64,000 nucleotides of DNA, from NCBI GenBank assembly GCA_041946735.1, contig JBHGAY010000023.1, positions 15,900-79,899 of the forward strand, in the 5' to 3' direction. Below are positions 41,146 through 50,055 of the stretch, piece by piece; within the stretch, counting starts at the first letter, position 1; the number at the start of each line of letters is the position of its first letter. This DNA is from Candidatus Eiseniibacteriota bacterium (lineage in GTDB: Bacteria; Eisenbacteria; RBG-16-71-46; CAIMUX01; VGJL01). The position numbers were made by a program, and so were the translations under genes. Under the pieces are notes generated by a model. The model made no database searches and was not told the origin of the DNA. It worked only from the letters and a program-made list of their open reading frames with translations.

Positions 41146-42045
41146 ATGCAGAGGAGAACCGAACTGATCCTGGGAGCGGTCGCATACGACCCCAAGGTCG
41201 TCACGATCTGGGAGGGCTTTCAGCGCTACTTCGACGAGCGGAGCCTCCCGTTCGACTTCGTCCTGTTCACCCGCTACGAGCGCCAGGTCGAGTCGCACCT
41301 CGCCGGCCAGATCGACGTCGCGTGGAACTCCCCTCTCGCCTGGATCGAGACCGAGCGGCTTGCGGCGCGCGCCGGACGGAAGGCGCGGGCGATCGCGATG
41401 CGCGACACCGACCGCGATCTCACCTCGGTCATCGTCGTGAGAGAGGACTCGCCGATCCGGACCGTCGAGGAGCTGCGCGGGCGGCGGGTCGCAGTCGGCG
41501 CGGCCGATTCCCCGCAGGGGCGTCTGATCCCGCTCGGATTCCTCGCTCGCTTCGGACTCGAGCCGGGCGAGGACCTTTCCGTCGTCCCGCACGATCTGCT
41601 CGTCGGCAAGCACGGCGACCACGTTGGCGGGGAGCGTGAGGCGGTGCGCGCGCTCCTCGCGGGACGCGCCGACGCCGCCTGCCTGCTCGACGCCAATCTC
41701 CTGCAGTTCGCGCAGGAGGGAACGTTGCCGGCGGGCTCCCGGCGCGTTCTCGCCCAGACGCCCCCGTACGACCACTGCAACTTCACGGCCCTCGACGTAG
41801 CCGGGCCGGAGAAGGAGGAGCTCCTCACGCGCTTCCGGGAGGAGCTGCTCGCCATGTCGTACGACGACGCGCGTGTGCGTCCCCTGATGGATCTCGAAGG
41901 GCTCAAGCGCTGGCTGCCGGCGCGCACCGAAGGCTACGAGCAGTTGAACCGTGCGGTGGACCGATTCGGGACGATCGAAGCCTGGCTCGCGTCCGCCTCC
42001 GGCGCGGCCGGCGTTCCTTCGCCGGGCGACGAGGTCCGCGCGTGA
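41146..42045 (+). CDS. PhnD/SsuA-like substrate-binding-fold protein without signal peptide
   Basis: GQIDVAW, SVIVVREDSPI..VEELRGRRVAVGAADSPQG, LLAGRADAA; no hydrophobic N-terminus. Confidence 0.85.
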   Translation: MQRRTELILGAVAYDPKVVTIWEGFQRYFDERSLPFDFVLFTRYERQVESHLAGQIDVAWNSPLAWIETERLAARAGRKARAIAMRDTDRDLTSVIVVREDSPIRTVEELRGRRVAVGAADSPQGRLIPLGFLARFGLEPGEDLSVVPHDLLVGKHGDHVGGEREAVRALLAGRADAACLLDANLLQFAQEGTLPAGSRRVLAQTPPYDHCNFTALDVAGPEKEELLTRFREELLAMSYDDARVRPLMDLEGLKRWLPARTEGYEQLNRAVDRFGTIEAWLASASGAAGVPSPGDEVRA

Positions 42046-43268
42046 GGACCGGCTCGGTTCAGGCGGTGGTCGACCTCGGCAATCTCTCGCTCGATCGAGG
42101 CGGGCGCCTGCTCCTGCAGCGGGCGATCGCCCCTCTCGTCCCGGGCGAGCGGCTCGAGGTGCGCGGTTCCGATCCGGAGCTGCCGGTGCATCTGCGCGCC
42201 TGGTGCCGCTCTCGCGGCTATCGATTCGAGACCGGCGCCGTGGGCGAGAACGGCTCCGGCGCACTGGCCGTCGTCATCGGAGAAAGCGGATCGGGGGGAC
42301 GATGGAGCGGCGCGGAGCCGGCCGGGCGCGCAAGCCGTACGGCGTCCGGAGCGGTCGTGGACAGGCCGCCCGCCCGCTGGGGCCTCGCCCCCCGCGGCGC
42401 CTCGGTCGAGATCGGGACGCCGTCCTTCGACTTCGATCTCGACGCCAAGGAGCAGGTCTGGTCCGACGATGCCGCTCGCCTCTATGCGCAGGCGTGCGCA
42501 GCGCAGTGGGATCCCGAGAAGGCGATCGACTGGCGCTCGTCAGCCGACCTGCCCGGCGAGATCGAGCAGGCGGTCGTGCAGATCATGACCTACCTGATCG
42601 AGAACGAGACCGCCGCGCTGGTCGTCCCGGCGCGCTTCCTCGGACGGATCCATCCTCACTTCCGCGAGGTGCAGCAGCTCCTCGCGATCCAGGTGGCGGA
42701 CGAGGCGCGCCACATCGAGGTGTTCACGCGCCGGGCGCTGTTGCTGGGCGACTCGCTCGGACTGTCGACGGCCGGCGGCCAGGAATCGCTGAAGACCCTG
42801 CTCGATGAGCCGGACTTCGCGATCGCCTCCTTTTTGCTCTCCGTCCTCGGCGAAGGGAGCTTCCTCTCGCTCCTGCACTTCCTCGACGAGAACGCGCCGG
42901 ATCCGGTCACGCGGCAAGTGTGCCGTCTCGCCGGACAGGACGAGGCGCGCCACGTCGCCTTCGGCCTATCGCATCTGAGGCGGCATCTGGAGATCGATCC
43001 ATCGCTGCGCGCCCGCCTCGCCGCGTCGGTCGATCGCCGGCATCGGGCGCTCCAGCATTCGGCCGGGTTGAACGAGGAGGTCTTCGACGGGCTGGTGCTG
43101 CTGGCGGCGGGATCGTGGGAGCCCGATCGCATCGCGCACGGCCACGAGCAGGTCGCCGCCCTCCAGCACGACATGGACGAGGGACGGCGGGCGCGCCTCG
43201 CCCGCCTCGGGTTCACCCAGGGGGAGGCGGAGGCGCTGTCGAGCCTGCATACGAAGAACTTCATGTAG
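42042..43268 (+). CDS. TusA-like N-terminal domain fused to ferritin-like diiron domain
   Basis: N-term VVDL..LVPGERLEVRGSDP..LRAWCRSRGY; diiron ligands IENE, DEARH, LGEG, DEARH; GTGA overlap with the upstream gene. Confidence 0.85.
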   Translation: MRTGSVQAVVDLGNLSLDRGGRLLLQRAIAPLVPGERLEVRGSDPELPVHLRAWCRSRGYRFETGAVGENGSGALAVVIGESGSGGRWSGAEPAGRASRTASGAVVDRPPARWGLAPRGASVEIGTPSFDFDLDAKEQVWSDDAARLYAQACAAQWDPEKAIDWRSSADLPGEIEQAVVQIMTYLIENETAALVVPARFLGRIHPHFREVQQLLAIQVADEARHIEVFTRRALLLGDSLGLSTAGGQESLKTLLDEPDFAIASFLLSVLGEGSFLSLLHFLDENAPDPVTRQVCRLAGQDEARHVAFGLSHLRRHLEIDPSLRARLAASVDRRHRALQHSAGLNEEVFDGLVLLAAGSWEPDRIAHGHEQVAALQHDMDEGRRARLARLGFTQGEAEALSSLHTKNFM

Positions 43269-43430
43269 GGACATAGGGGCGGACGGAGTCCGTCCCGGCG
43301 CCCCACGCTGCACCCACGCCTCACCGCCCGGGCCGCCGGCCTCACAAGTCCCCGCCCACCTGCGCGTGCCCGGCCAGCCCAGGCCTGTCCCCGGCGGCCG
43401 GCGGCCGCCGCATCTTCTTCCTTCTTCCCG

Positions 43431-43457
43431 GCAACTTTCGGCAGCCTCTCGCGTCTA
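43431..43457 (+). promoter_or_regulatory. Putative ECF sigma-dependent (autoregulatory) promoter GCAAC-N16-CGTC
   Basis: GCAAC 43431-43435 and CGTC 43452-43455, about 90 nt upstream of the ECF sigma gene; matches the general AAC/CGT ECF pattern. Confidence 0.55.
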
Positions 43458-43544
43458 CGGGTTGGGAGGTCCATCGTTTGGGCCGGAATCGACCCTCGCT
43501 GGGTCGGCGGCTCCCTTCGGGAGACATGGAGGAGCGGTCGGTCG

Positions 43545-44096
43545 ATGAGAACGGATGCGGAACTCGCGAGCGCCTTCCGGGACGGGGACGACCGGGCATT
43601 CGCGATCCTGTACGACCGCTACAAAGGACCGCTGTTCGTCTTCGCCTGCAAGATGCTGGGCAACGAGGAGAGGGCCCGCGATCTCGTCCAGGATGTGTTT
43701 CTGAGCTTGTACGAGAAGCGGCTGCAGCTCGCGCGACCCGAGAGCTTCCGAAGCTGGCTCTTCGCGAGCGGACGAAACCGGTGCCTCTCGCAGTTGCGGC
43801 GGACGGACACGGACTCTCCGCTCGACGATGGCTGCTTCGCGGTGCCGATTCCCGCGAGCATGCTCCCCGATGCCCGCCTGGAGGCGGGCGAAGAGATGCG
43901 GAGACTGCGGCACGCGCTGGCGCGCCTACGTCCCGAGTACCGCGAGGTCCTGGTGCTGAGGGAATACGAGGACATGTCCTACCAGGAGATCGCGAGAATC
44001 ACGGAGACGGCCGAGAGCGTGGTCCGGTCGAGGCTGTTCAAGGCCCGCAAGGCGCTCCATGACGCCCTGGTCTCGACGGCGCCGGGAGGGAGATGA
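43545..44096 (+). CDS. ECF RNA polymerase sigma-70 factor
   Basis: DLVQDVF, FRSWLF, LVLREYEDMSYQEIA..VVRSRLFKAR. Confidence 0.95.
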   Translation: MRTDAELASAFRDGDDRAFAILYDRYKGPLFVFACKMLGNEERARDLVQDVFLSLYEKRLQLARPESFRSWLFASGRNRCLSQLRRTDTDSPLDDGCFAVPIPASMLPDARLEAGEEMRRLRHALARLRPEYREVLVLREYEDMSYQEIARITETAESVVRSRLFKARKALHDALVSTAPGGR

Positions 44097-44097
44097 C

Positions 44098-44589
44098 ATG
44101 CAGTGTGACGATGCGAAGTCGATGCTGAGTCTCTTCGCCGATTCGAATCTCGAGGGAGAGGAGCTGCAGGGCGCGATGTTCCGACACCTGCAGGAGTGCT
44201 CCGATTGCCGCGGCTTCTTCGACTCGATCCTTCGGCAGAGAAAAGCGGCGTCGGTCGAGCGGGAGATGCTGCTCCGAGAAGCGGACGAGCTTCTGCCGGC
44301 CGCCGAATCCCTTCTGGCGCGAGCGCGAAGCGGCCGGGCAGAGCGTCGGTCGCTTTCGGTCTGGCAGCGGATCCTGGCGGGCGGCGGCATGCGGATGCCG
44401 GTGCCGGTCGCCATCAGCATCGCGATCGTGCTGCTCCTGGCCGGCATCGTGCTAGGCACCCGTATCGCGGGACGGCCGGGGCAGGACGGCCTCAGGATCG
44501 ATCGACTCGAACGCGCCTCCCGCTCCGAGGTCGTCGTGGTCTGCGGGTTGCCGGAAGTGCAGGTGGTCGGATCGACCCCGAAGCGTTGA
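44098..44589 (+). CDS. Zinc-binding (ZAS) membrane anti-sigma factor
   Basis: MQC..HLQECSDC (HxxxCxxC), one TM helix; starts 1 nt after the sigma stop. Confidence 0.88.
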   Translation: MQCDDAKSMLSLFADSNLEGEELQGAMFRHLQECSDCRGFFDSILRQRKAASVEREMLLREADELLPAAESLLARARSGRAERRSLSVWQRILAGGGMRMPVPVAISIAIVLLLAGIVLGTRIAGRPGQDGLRIDRLERASRSEVVVVCGLPEVQVVGSTPKR

Positions 44590-44659
44590 AGGGCCGGGGG
44601 CTGCGGGAACGGTGCCTCGTCGTGCAGAGGCGGCGGAACGCTGCGAAGGAGGAATGCAG

Positions 44660-45124
44660 ATGAAACGACACGTGAAGGTATGGCTTTGGCCGGTTCTCGT
44701 TGCCGTCTTGTCGGTCGCGGTGACGTCGTGCGCCGCGAAAGAGGACCAGGCGAGCGAGCAGCCGTCACGGGAGGGCGTCACCGAGCAGGCCCCCGGGCAA
44801 GACCAGGCCCAGGCGCCGGCGATTCCGGTCGAGGAGATGCCGAAGCTTCTGTCGAGCGAACCGCCCGACTATCCGGAGGAGGCAAGAGCCAACGGAGTCG
44901 AAGGCACGGTCTTCGTGCGTGCTCTCGTCGGGAAGGACGGAACGGTGCAGAGCGCGACGTCCGATCCGGCGAAGCCCGCGCCTGCCGTCCTCGAGAAGGC
45001 GGCGGTCGATGCGGTGCGCGGCTGGACGTTCTCGCCGGCAAAGTCCAAGGGCGATGCGGTCGAGACGTGGGTCGTGGTACCGGTCAGGTTCGTGCTGGAT
45101 TCGGACTCGAAGAAGACGCAGTAG
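44660..45124 (+). CDS. TonB C-terminal domain protein with predicted lipoprotein signal
   Basis: AGGAGG SD; LSVAVTSC lipobox; PDYPEEARANGVEGTV..AAVDAVRGWTFSPA..VPVRF. Confidence 0.88.
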   Translation: MKRHVKVWLWPVLVAVLSVAVTSCAAKEDQASEQPSREGVTEQAPGQDQAQAPAIPVEEMPKLLSSEPPDYPEEARANGVEGTVFVRALVGKDGTVQSATSDPAKPAPAVLEKAAVDAVRGWTFSPAKSKGDAVETWVVVPVRFVLDSDSKKTQ

Positions 45125-45169
45125 TGCGCCTGCGCTGCGCAGCCGGGGACGATCGGAAGGCGACAGGAA

Positions 45170-45328
45170 TCAGAACAAAGCGTAGATGAACGGGGCGATC
45201 GCGCTGCTTCCACTCAGGATCACGAAGACTCCGAGCACGAGCAGCATCAGGATGACCGGCAGGAGCCAGAACTTCTTCCGCTCCCTGAGGAAATCCCACA
45301 GATCGCGCAGCATCGAGATTCTCTCCAT
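45170..45328 (-). CDS. SxtK-like/DUF5989 small membrane protein (52 aa, below the ORF-track cutoff)
   Basis: MERISMLRDLWDFLRERKKFWLLPVILMLLVLGVFVILSGSSAIAPFIYALF; AGAAGGAAGG SD. Confidence 0.9.
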   Translation of the reverse strand: MERISMLRDLWDFLRERKKFWLLPVILMLLVLGVFVILSGSSAIAPFIYALF

Positions 45329-45386
45329 CGCCTTCCTTCTCCCCGCCGTGCCGCTTCTCGATCGCCCCTTAGCCGCTCCGAACGGT

Positions 45387-45788
45387 TCAGAACGGCCGCC
45401 GGTACCGCTCCCGCGTCGCCTGTGACGGCGTCTTCGGGAGCCACGACGTCCTCTCCCCCTTCCCCCAGCGCAGATCGATCCCCGATCTTCCCAGCGCCCG
45501 CACGATCAGCCCGACCGGCGTCACGATCACGAAGAAGAAGGTCGCGAGCAAAAGGACGGTGATCGCCTGTCCGATCCAGCCGGCGATGCGAAGCCACCCG
45601 CGATGGATCGGCATCCACACCGCCGGCAGCGCCCACGCGAGCGCAGGCGCCACGAGCGCGCACCCGCCGAGGATAGCAGCGCGCAGCGGATGATGGCGCA
45701 GCAACGAGACGATGGTCCAGAGCAGCAGCGCCCCGGCCAGGATCAGGGAGAATCGGCGCGATTCGCGCTTCTCGTTTCCCGGCTTCAT
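45387..45788 (-). CDS. SxtJ family membrane protein
   Basis: RRFSLIL, PIHRGWLRIAGWIG, FFFVIVTPVGLIVRALG, ends YRRPF; sits between the carbamoyltransferase and DUF5989. Confidence 0.88.
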   Translation of the reverse strand: MKPGNEKRESRRFSLILAGALLLWTIVSLLRHHPLRAAILGGCALVAPALAWALPAVWMPIHRGWLRIAGWIGQAITVLLLATFFFVIVTPVGLIVRALGRSGIDLRWGKGERTSWLPKTPSQATRERYRRPF

Positions 45789-45836
45789 CCCTTGCGATCC
45801 TTCGCCCGCATTCGCACCGGCGCCCCCCTCCCCCTC

Positions 45837-47711
45837 TCAATCCAGCGGGATCGCGCTCTGCCACGACGTGTCGACCGGCGGCAGATCCAGCTTCTCCCGC
45901 TCGATCACGAACGGTCCCAGGACGAGAACGTCCATCTGCGTCCGCCGGAAGCAGAGCCAGGCATCCTGCGGCGTGCATACGATCGGCTCGCCCCGAACGT
46001 TGAACGACGTGTTCACGATCATCGGGCAGCCGGTCTTCTCGCCGAACTTCTCGATCAACCGGTGATAGAGAGGATGGTCGTCGCGTCCGACCGTCTGGAC
46101 GCGCGCCGACCCGTCAACGTGCGTGATGGCCGGCACGACCGAACGCGGCTGCTGCAGGAGCGCCAGGCCGCGGGCCGCCGGATCGGCCACCGGGAGCCGC
46201 TTCTCCGCCCGCACGGTCGCCACGAGGAGCATGTACGGGCTCTCGTGCTCGAGGTCGAAGTACTCGCGCGCCGCCTCCGCGAGCACCGACGGCGCGAAGG
46301 GCCGGAACGACTCGCGGAACTTGATCGCGAGGTTCATCCGCGATTGCATCTTCGGATCGCGTGGATCGCCGAGGATCGAGCGGCTGCCGAGCGCGCGCGG
46401 GCCAAACTCCATCCTCCCCTGGAACCAGCCGACGACCTTCCCCTCGGCAAGCAAGGTCGCGACGCGATCGGCGAGCGACTCCTCATCCGCGTACCGCTCC
46501 GCCGCCGCCGCAATCCCCTCGTCTTCGAGGAAGCGAGCGATTTCCGCGTCGTCGAACCGCGGACCGAGGAGGCTCGCCTTCTGCCGATCCTTCACAGTGA
46601 CGCCGGCCGCGGCGCCGGCCCCGCCGGCGCGGCCCTCGCCGTCCCCGGCGGGCGTCCGCGCGGCTCCCTCGATCTGATGGTGGACGAACAGCGCCGCGCC
46701 CAAAGCGCCGCCCGCATCGCCTGCCGCCGGCTGGATCCAGATTCTCCGGCAGAGCTGCTCGCGCAGGAGCATCCCGTTGGCGACGCAGTTCAGCGCGACG
46801 CCGCCCGCCAGGACGAGATCGTCGATCCCCGTCTCCTTGCGCGCGAACCGCACCATCTTGCGCAGAATATCCTCGGTGACGACCTGGATCGACGCGGCGA
46901 GATCCATCTCGCGCTGCGTGAGCGGAGACTCCGGATGCCGCGGCGGCCCGCCGAAGAGCCGCGCGAAGCGCCCGTTCGTCATGCGTAATCCGGCCGCGTA
47001 GTCGAAGTAGCGAAGATTCAATCGGAACGAGCCGTCCTCGTACACCTCGACCAGCTCGCGCCGGATCGCGTCGGCCCATCGCGGCTCGCCGTACGGCGCG
47101 AGCCCCATCAACTTGTACTCTCCGCTGTTGACCTTGAAGCCGCAGAAGTACGTGAAAGCCGAATAGAGAAGTCCGAGGGAATGCGGGAAGTGGATCTCGC
47201 GCAAGATGCGGATCCGGTTCCCCTCGCCGATCCCGAGGCTTGCCGTCGCCCACTCGCCGACGCCGTCGGTCGTGAGGATGGTCGCCCGCTCGAACGGTGA
47301 CGGGAAGAAGGCGCTCGCCGCGTGCGCCTCGTGATGCTCCGTGAACAGCACCTCGCCCCGGTAGCCCAGCTCCCGGCGGATCTCGTCGCGCATCCACAGC
47401 TTCTGCTTCAGCCACAGGGGCATCGACTTCAGGAACGACGGCAGCCCGGCCGGGGCAAAGCGCAAATACGTCTCGAGCAACCGCTCGAACTTGACCAGCG
47501 GCTTGTCATAGAAGACGACGCAATCGAGCCGGTCCGCGCTCTCGATCCCACCCTCCTGCAGGCAGCAGGCGGCGGCGCGCGAGGGGAATCGATGATCGTG
47601 CTTGCGCCTCGTGAAGCGCTCTTCCTGGGCGGCCGCGACGATCTCGCCGTCTCGAAGGAGACAGGCGGCGCTGTCGTGATAGAAGGCCGAGATACCGAGG
47701 ATGGTGCTCAC
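45837..47711 (-). CDS. O-carbamoyltransferase (NodU/CmcH/SxtI family)
   Basis: ILGISAFYHDSAA, EERFTR, EHHEAHAASAF, DGVGE, GEYKLMGLAPYG, EFGPRALGSRS, FRPFAP, NTSFNVRGEP. Confidence 0.96.
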   Translation of the reverse strand: MSTILGISAFYHDSAACLLRDGEIVAAAQEERFTRRKHDHRFPSRAAACCLQEGGIESADRLDCVVFYDKPLVKFERLLETYLRFAPAGLPSFLKSMPLWLKQKLWMRDEIRRELGYRGEVLFTEHHEAHAASAFFPSPFERATILTTDGVGEWATASLGIGEGNRIRILREIHFPHSLGLLYSAFTYFCGFKVNSGEYKLMGLAPYGEPRWADAIRRELVEVYEDGSFRLNLRYFDYAAGLRMTNGRFARLFGGPPRHPESPLTQREMDLAASIQVVTEDILRKMVRFARKETGIDDLVLAGGVALNCVANGMLLREQLCRRIWIQPAAGDAGGALGAALFVHHQIEGAARTPAGDGEGRAGGAGAAAGVTVKDRQKASLLGPRFDDAEIARFLEDEGIAAAAERYADEESLADRVATLLAEGKVVGWFQGRMEFGPRALGSRSILGDPRDPKMQSRMNLAIKFRESFRPFAPSVLAEAAREYFDLEHESPYMLLVATVRAEKRLPVADPAARGLALLQQPRSVVPAITHVDGSARVQTVGRDDHPLYHRLIEKFGEKTGCPMIVNTSFNVRGEPIVCTPQDAWLCFRRTQMDVLVLGPFVIEREKLDLPPVDTSWQSAIPLD

Positions 47712-47996
47712 CGCCGCATTTTAGGTCAGCCGTCCGGAGACCCGCAATTGGCAGGGGGCCCAAGGGCGACGCAAGACGCGAGGACCTGCGCGCCGCCGAT
47801 TTCTCGCCGGCCGCGAGGCGCGGCGACGGGCACAGAGCGCCGCATCGCCGTCTCGGACACACGAGCGCGGCATCTCGGACTTCCGCCTGGGAGGCGCCGC
47901 GCGGGGATGCTACGTTTGTCGGCGACCGCCGCGGCCTTTGACGGTCCGGCCGGCCGAGGGAAGCCGAGGGAACAGGGACAGGGGGAAGCCCGGCAG

Positions 47997-50051
47997 ATGA
48001 AGACGGGAGGCGGGTCGGGGCGCGCCGGTGCCGGCAGACGAGGAGCAGGCCGGGGCGCGTCCGGGGGCTCCGGCGGAACCGCCGGCGCCGCACGGTCCAC
48101 CCGCTCCGCTCCGGCGCTCGCCCGCTCCGGCTGGCTCACTCCCCTCGCCGACCGCCGCACGCTTCTCATTCTCGTCGGGATCCTGATCGCCGGAGCGCTC
48201 CTGCGCGGCTTCTACCTCGCCGAGTTCGTGCACTATCCCGATTTCACCGTCCCGCACGTCGACGCGGACTTTCACAACTACTGGGCGCGCGGCCTCGCCT
48301 TCGATCAGTGGACGCCACCACACGGCGAACCCGATCCGCTCATCCGGACGACGCCGTACTTCCGCCCGCCTGGATATCCGTACTACCTGGCCGCTTTGTA
48401 CAAGCTGACCGGTCCGGGATACGTCGGTCCGCGTATCGTCCAGATGCTCCTGGGACTCGTGAACGTCTTCCTCGCGTTCCTGCTCGGCGCGCGCCTGCGC
48501 GGGCGCATCGCCGGCCTCGTGTTCGCGGCGATGATGGCGACGTACTGGATCTTCATCTTCTTCGAGGGGGAGTTCCAGGAGCCGGTGCTGATGATCCTCC
48601 TGGTGCTGCTCCTCGCGATGGTCTTGATGGACTGGACGCGGCAGCGCACCTGGCGTCGCGCCGCGCTCGCCGGCGCCCTCGTCGGGCTCGCCGGCTTGAT
48701 CCGGCCCAACGCGCTCCTCGTCCTGCCGGTGATCGCCCTGTGGATGTTGTGGGTCTACCGCCGTCGCGAGCGCCCGCTACCCTGGAGGCCGGCGATCAAG
48801 GCGATCGTCGCCGCGGGCATCGCGACCTTCCTCGTGATCCTGCCGGCGACGTTGCGCAACCTGATCGTCGCGCACGACTTCGTCCTGATCTCGAGCAACG
48901 GGGGGATCAACCTCTACATCGGCAACAACAACCGCGCCGATGGAATCGTGCGCGGCGCGCTGCCGGAGATCGGCGTCCTCGACACCTGCTATGACTGGCC
49001 GGAGATCGTGAGCAACGTCGAGCGAAAGGTGGGCCGCCCGATGTCCCACTCGCAGGTCTCCGATTACTTCTCGAAGGGCGCGACCAACTGGATGCTCCAT
49101 CACCCGCTCGGCGTCGCGGAACTCGCCTGGAAGAAGACGCTCCTCTTCTGGGGACCGGCGGAACCGCAGGACAACAAGGAGGTCGACGAGGACCGCCGCT
49201 TCTCGCACACGCTTCGGGCGATCCCGTGGAACTTCCCGCTCGCGCTTGCGATCGGCCTCGCGGGGGCAGGGCGGCTGTGGATGGAGCGACGTAGGAGGGG
49301 AAACGGCGGGGCGACGGCAGACCGGAGCGGCCCAGCCGCCCTTACGTCGACGAGCGAATCGGCTTTCGAGATCGCCGTCCTCCTCGGCCTGATCGCCCTG
49401 ATCTGGTGGATCTCCTACCTCCCCTTCGCCATCACTTCGCGCTACCGCGTGCCGGTGATCCCGGTGCTTCTCTTCTTCGGATCGGTTCTCGTGGTCGATC
49501 TCGCGCGCTACGTGAGCGCTCGGCGCTGGCGCGACGCCGGCGTCTGGGGCGGAGCGGCGATCGCGCTCTTCTTCGTCGCCGGGATCAACTTCGCGGGATA
49601 CGAGTCGAGCCCGGCGCGCTGGCATTACCAGCGCGGGATGGCCTACAACGCGCGGGGAAAGGCGCAGGAAGCGGTACGGGAGTTCGAGGCGGCGGTGAAG
49701 GCGAATCCCAACTACGTCGCCGTCTACAACGATCTGGGGGCGACGCTCGCGTCGAACGGCCGGGTCGCGGAGAGCATTCCGTACTTTCAGCAGAGCGTCC
49801 GTTTGAATCCGAACAATGCCGCCGCGCACGCGAACCTCGGGGCGGCGCTGGAGCTGACCGGCCGGTTGCGGGAGGCGGGCGCCGAGTATCAGGAAACGTT
49901 GCGCCTGCGTCCCGGGCATCCGCGCGCGATGGAGGGGCTGCGTCGCGTGCAGGAAGCGCTTGCCAAAGGAGCGAGCGGAGCGACGGCGCCGGCTGCTTCC
50001 TCGTCTTCTTCCGGCGCTCGCGCGAGCGCTGCGCCCGCCGGCGGCCGCTGA
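47997..50051 (+). CDS. GT-C (GT39/PMT-like) glycosyltransferase with C-terminal TPRs
   Basis: VDADFHNYWA, FRPPGYPYYLA, IRPNAL, SSNGGINLYIGNN, RYRVP, then 3-4 TPRs; ATG 47997 preferred over 47322. Confidence 0.88.
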   Translation: MKTGGGSGRAGAGRRGAGRGASGGSGGTAGAARSTRSAPALARSGWLTPLADRRTLLILVGILIAGALLRGFYLAEFVHYPDFTVPHVDADFHNYWARGLAFDQWTPPHGEPDPLIRTTPYFRPPGYPYYLAALYKLTGPGYVGPRIVQMLLGLVNVFLAFLLGARLRGRIAGLVFAAMMATYWIFIFFEGEFQEPVLMILLVLLLAMVLMDWTRQRTWRRAALAGALVGLAGLIRPNALLVLPVIALWMLWVYRRRERPLPWRPAIKAIVAAGIATFLVILPATLRNLIVAHDFVLISSNGGINLYIGNNNRADGIVRGALPEIGVLDTCYDWPEIVSNVERKVGRPMSHSQVSDYFSKGATNWMLHHPLGVAELAWKKTLLFWGPAEPQDNKEVDEDRRFSHTLRAIPWNFPLALAIGLAGAGRLWMERRRRGNGGATADRSGPAALTSTSESAFEIAVLLGLIALIWWISYLPFAITSRYRVPVIPVLLFFGSVLVVDLARYVSARRWRDAGVWGGAAIALFFVAGINFAGYESSPARWHYQRGMAYNARGKAQEAVREFEAAVKANPNYVAVYNDLGATLASNGRVAESIPYFQQSVRLNPNNAAAHANLGAALELTGRLREAGAEYQETLRLRPGHPRAMEGLRRVQEALAKGASGATAPAASSSSSGARASAAPAGGR

Positions 50052-50055
50052 GGCC

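Noticed and set aside
45170..47711. Saxitoxin biosynthesis
   Set aside because: Only sxtI/J/K-like genes, which are widespread; no sxtA/sxtG-like core genes in the window.
47322..47996. Long N-terminal extensions in the ORF track (also 3319, 7351, 8931, 26292, 29452, 38508, 56165)
   Set aside because: They overlap neighbours or are low-complexity; downstream starts have better SDs and put signal peptides or family N-termini first.
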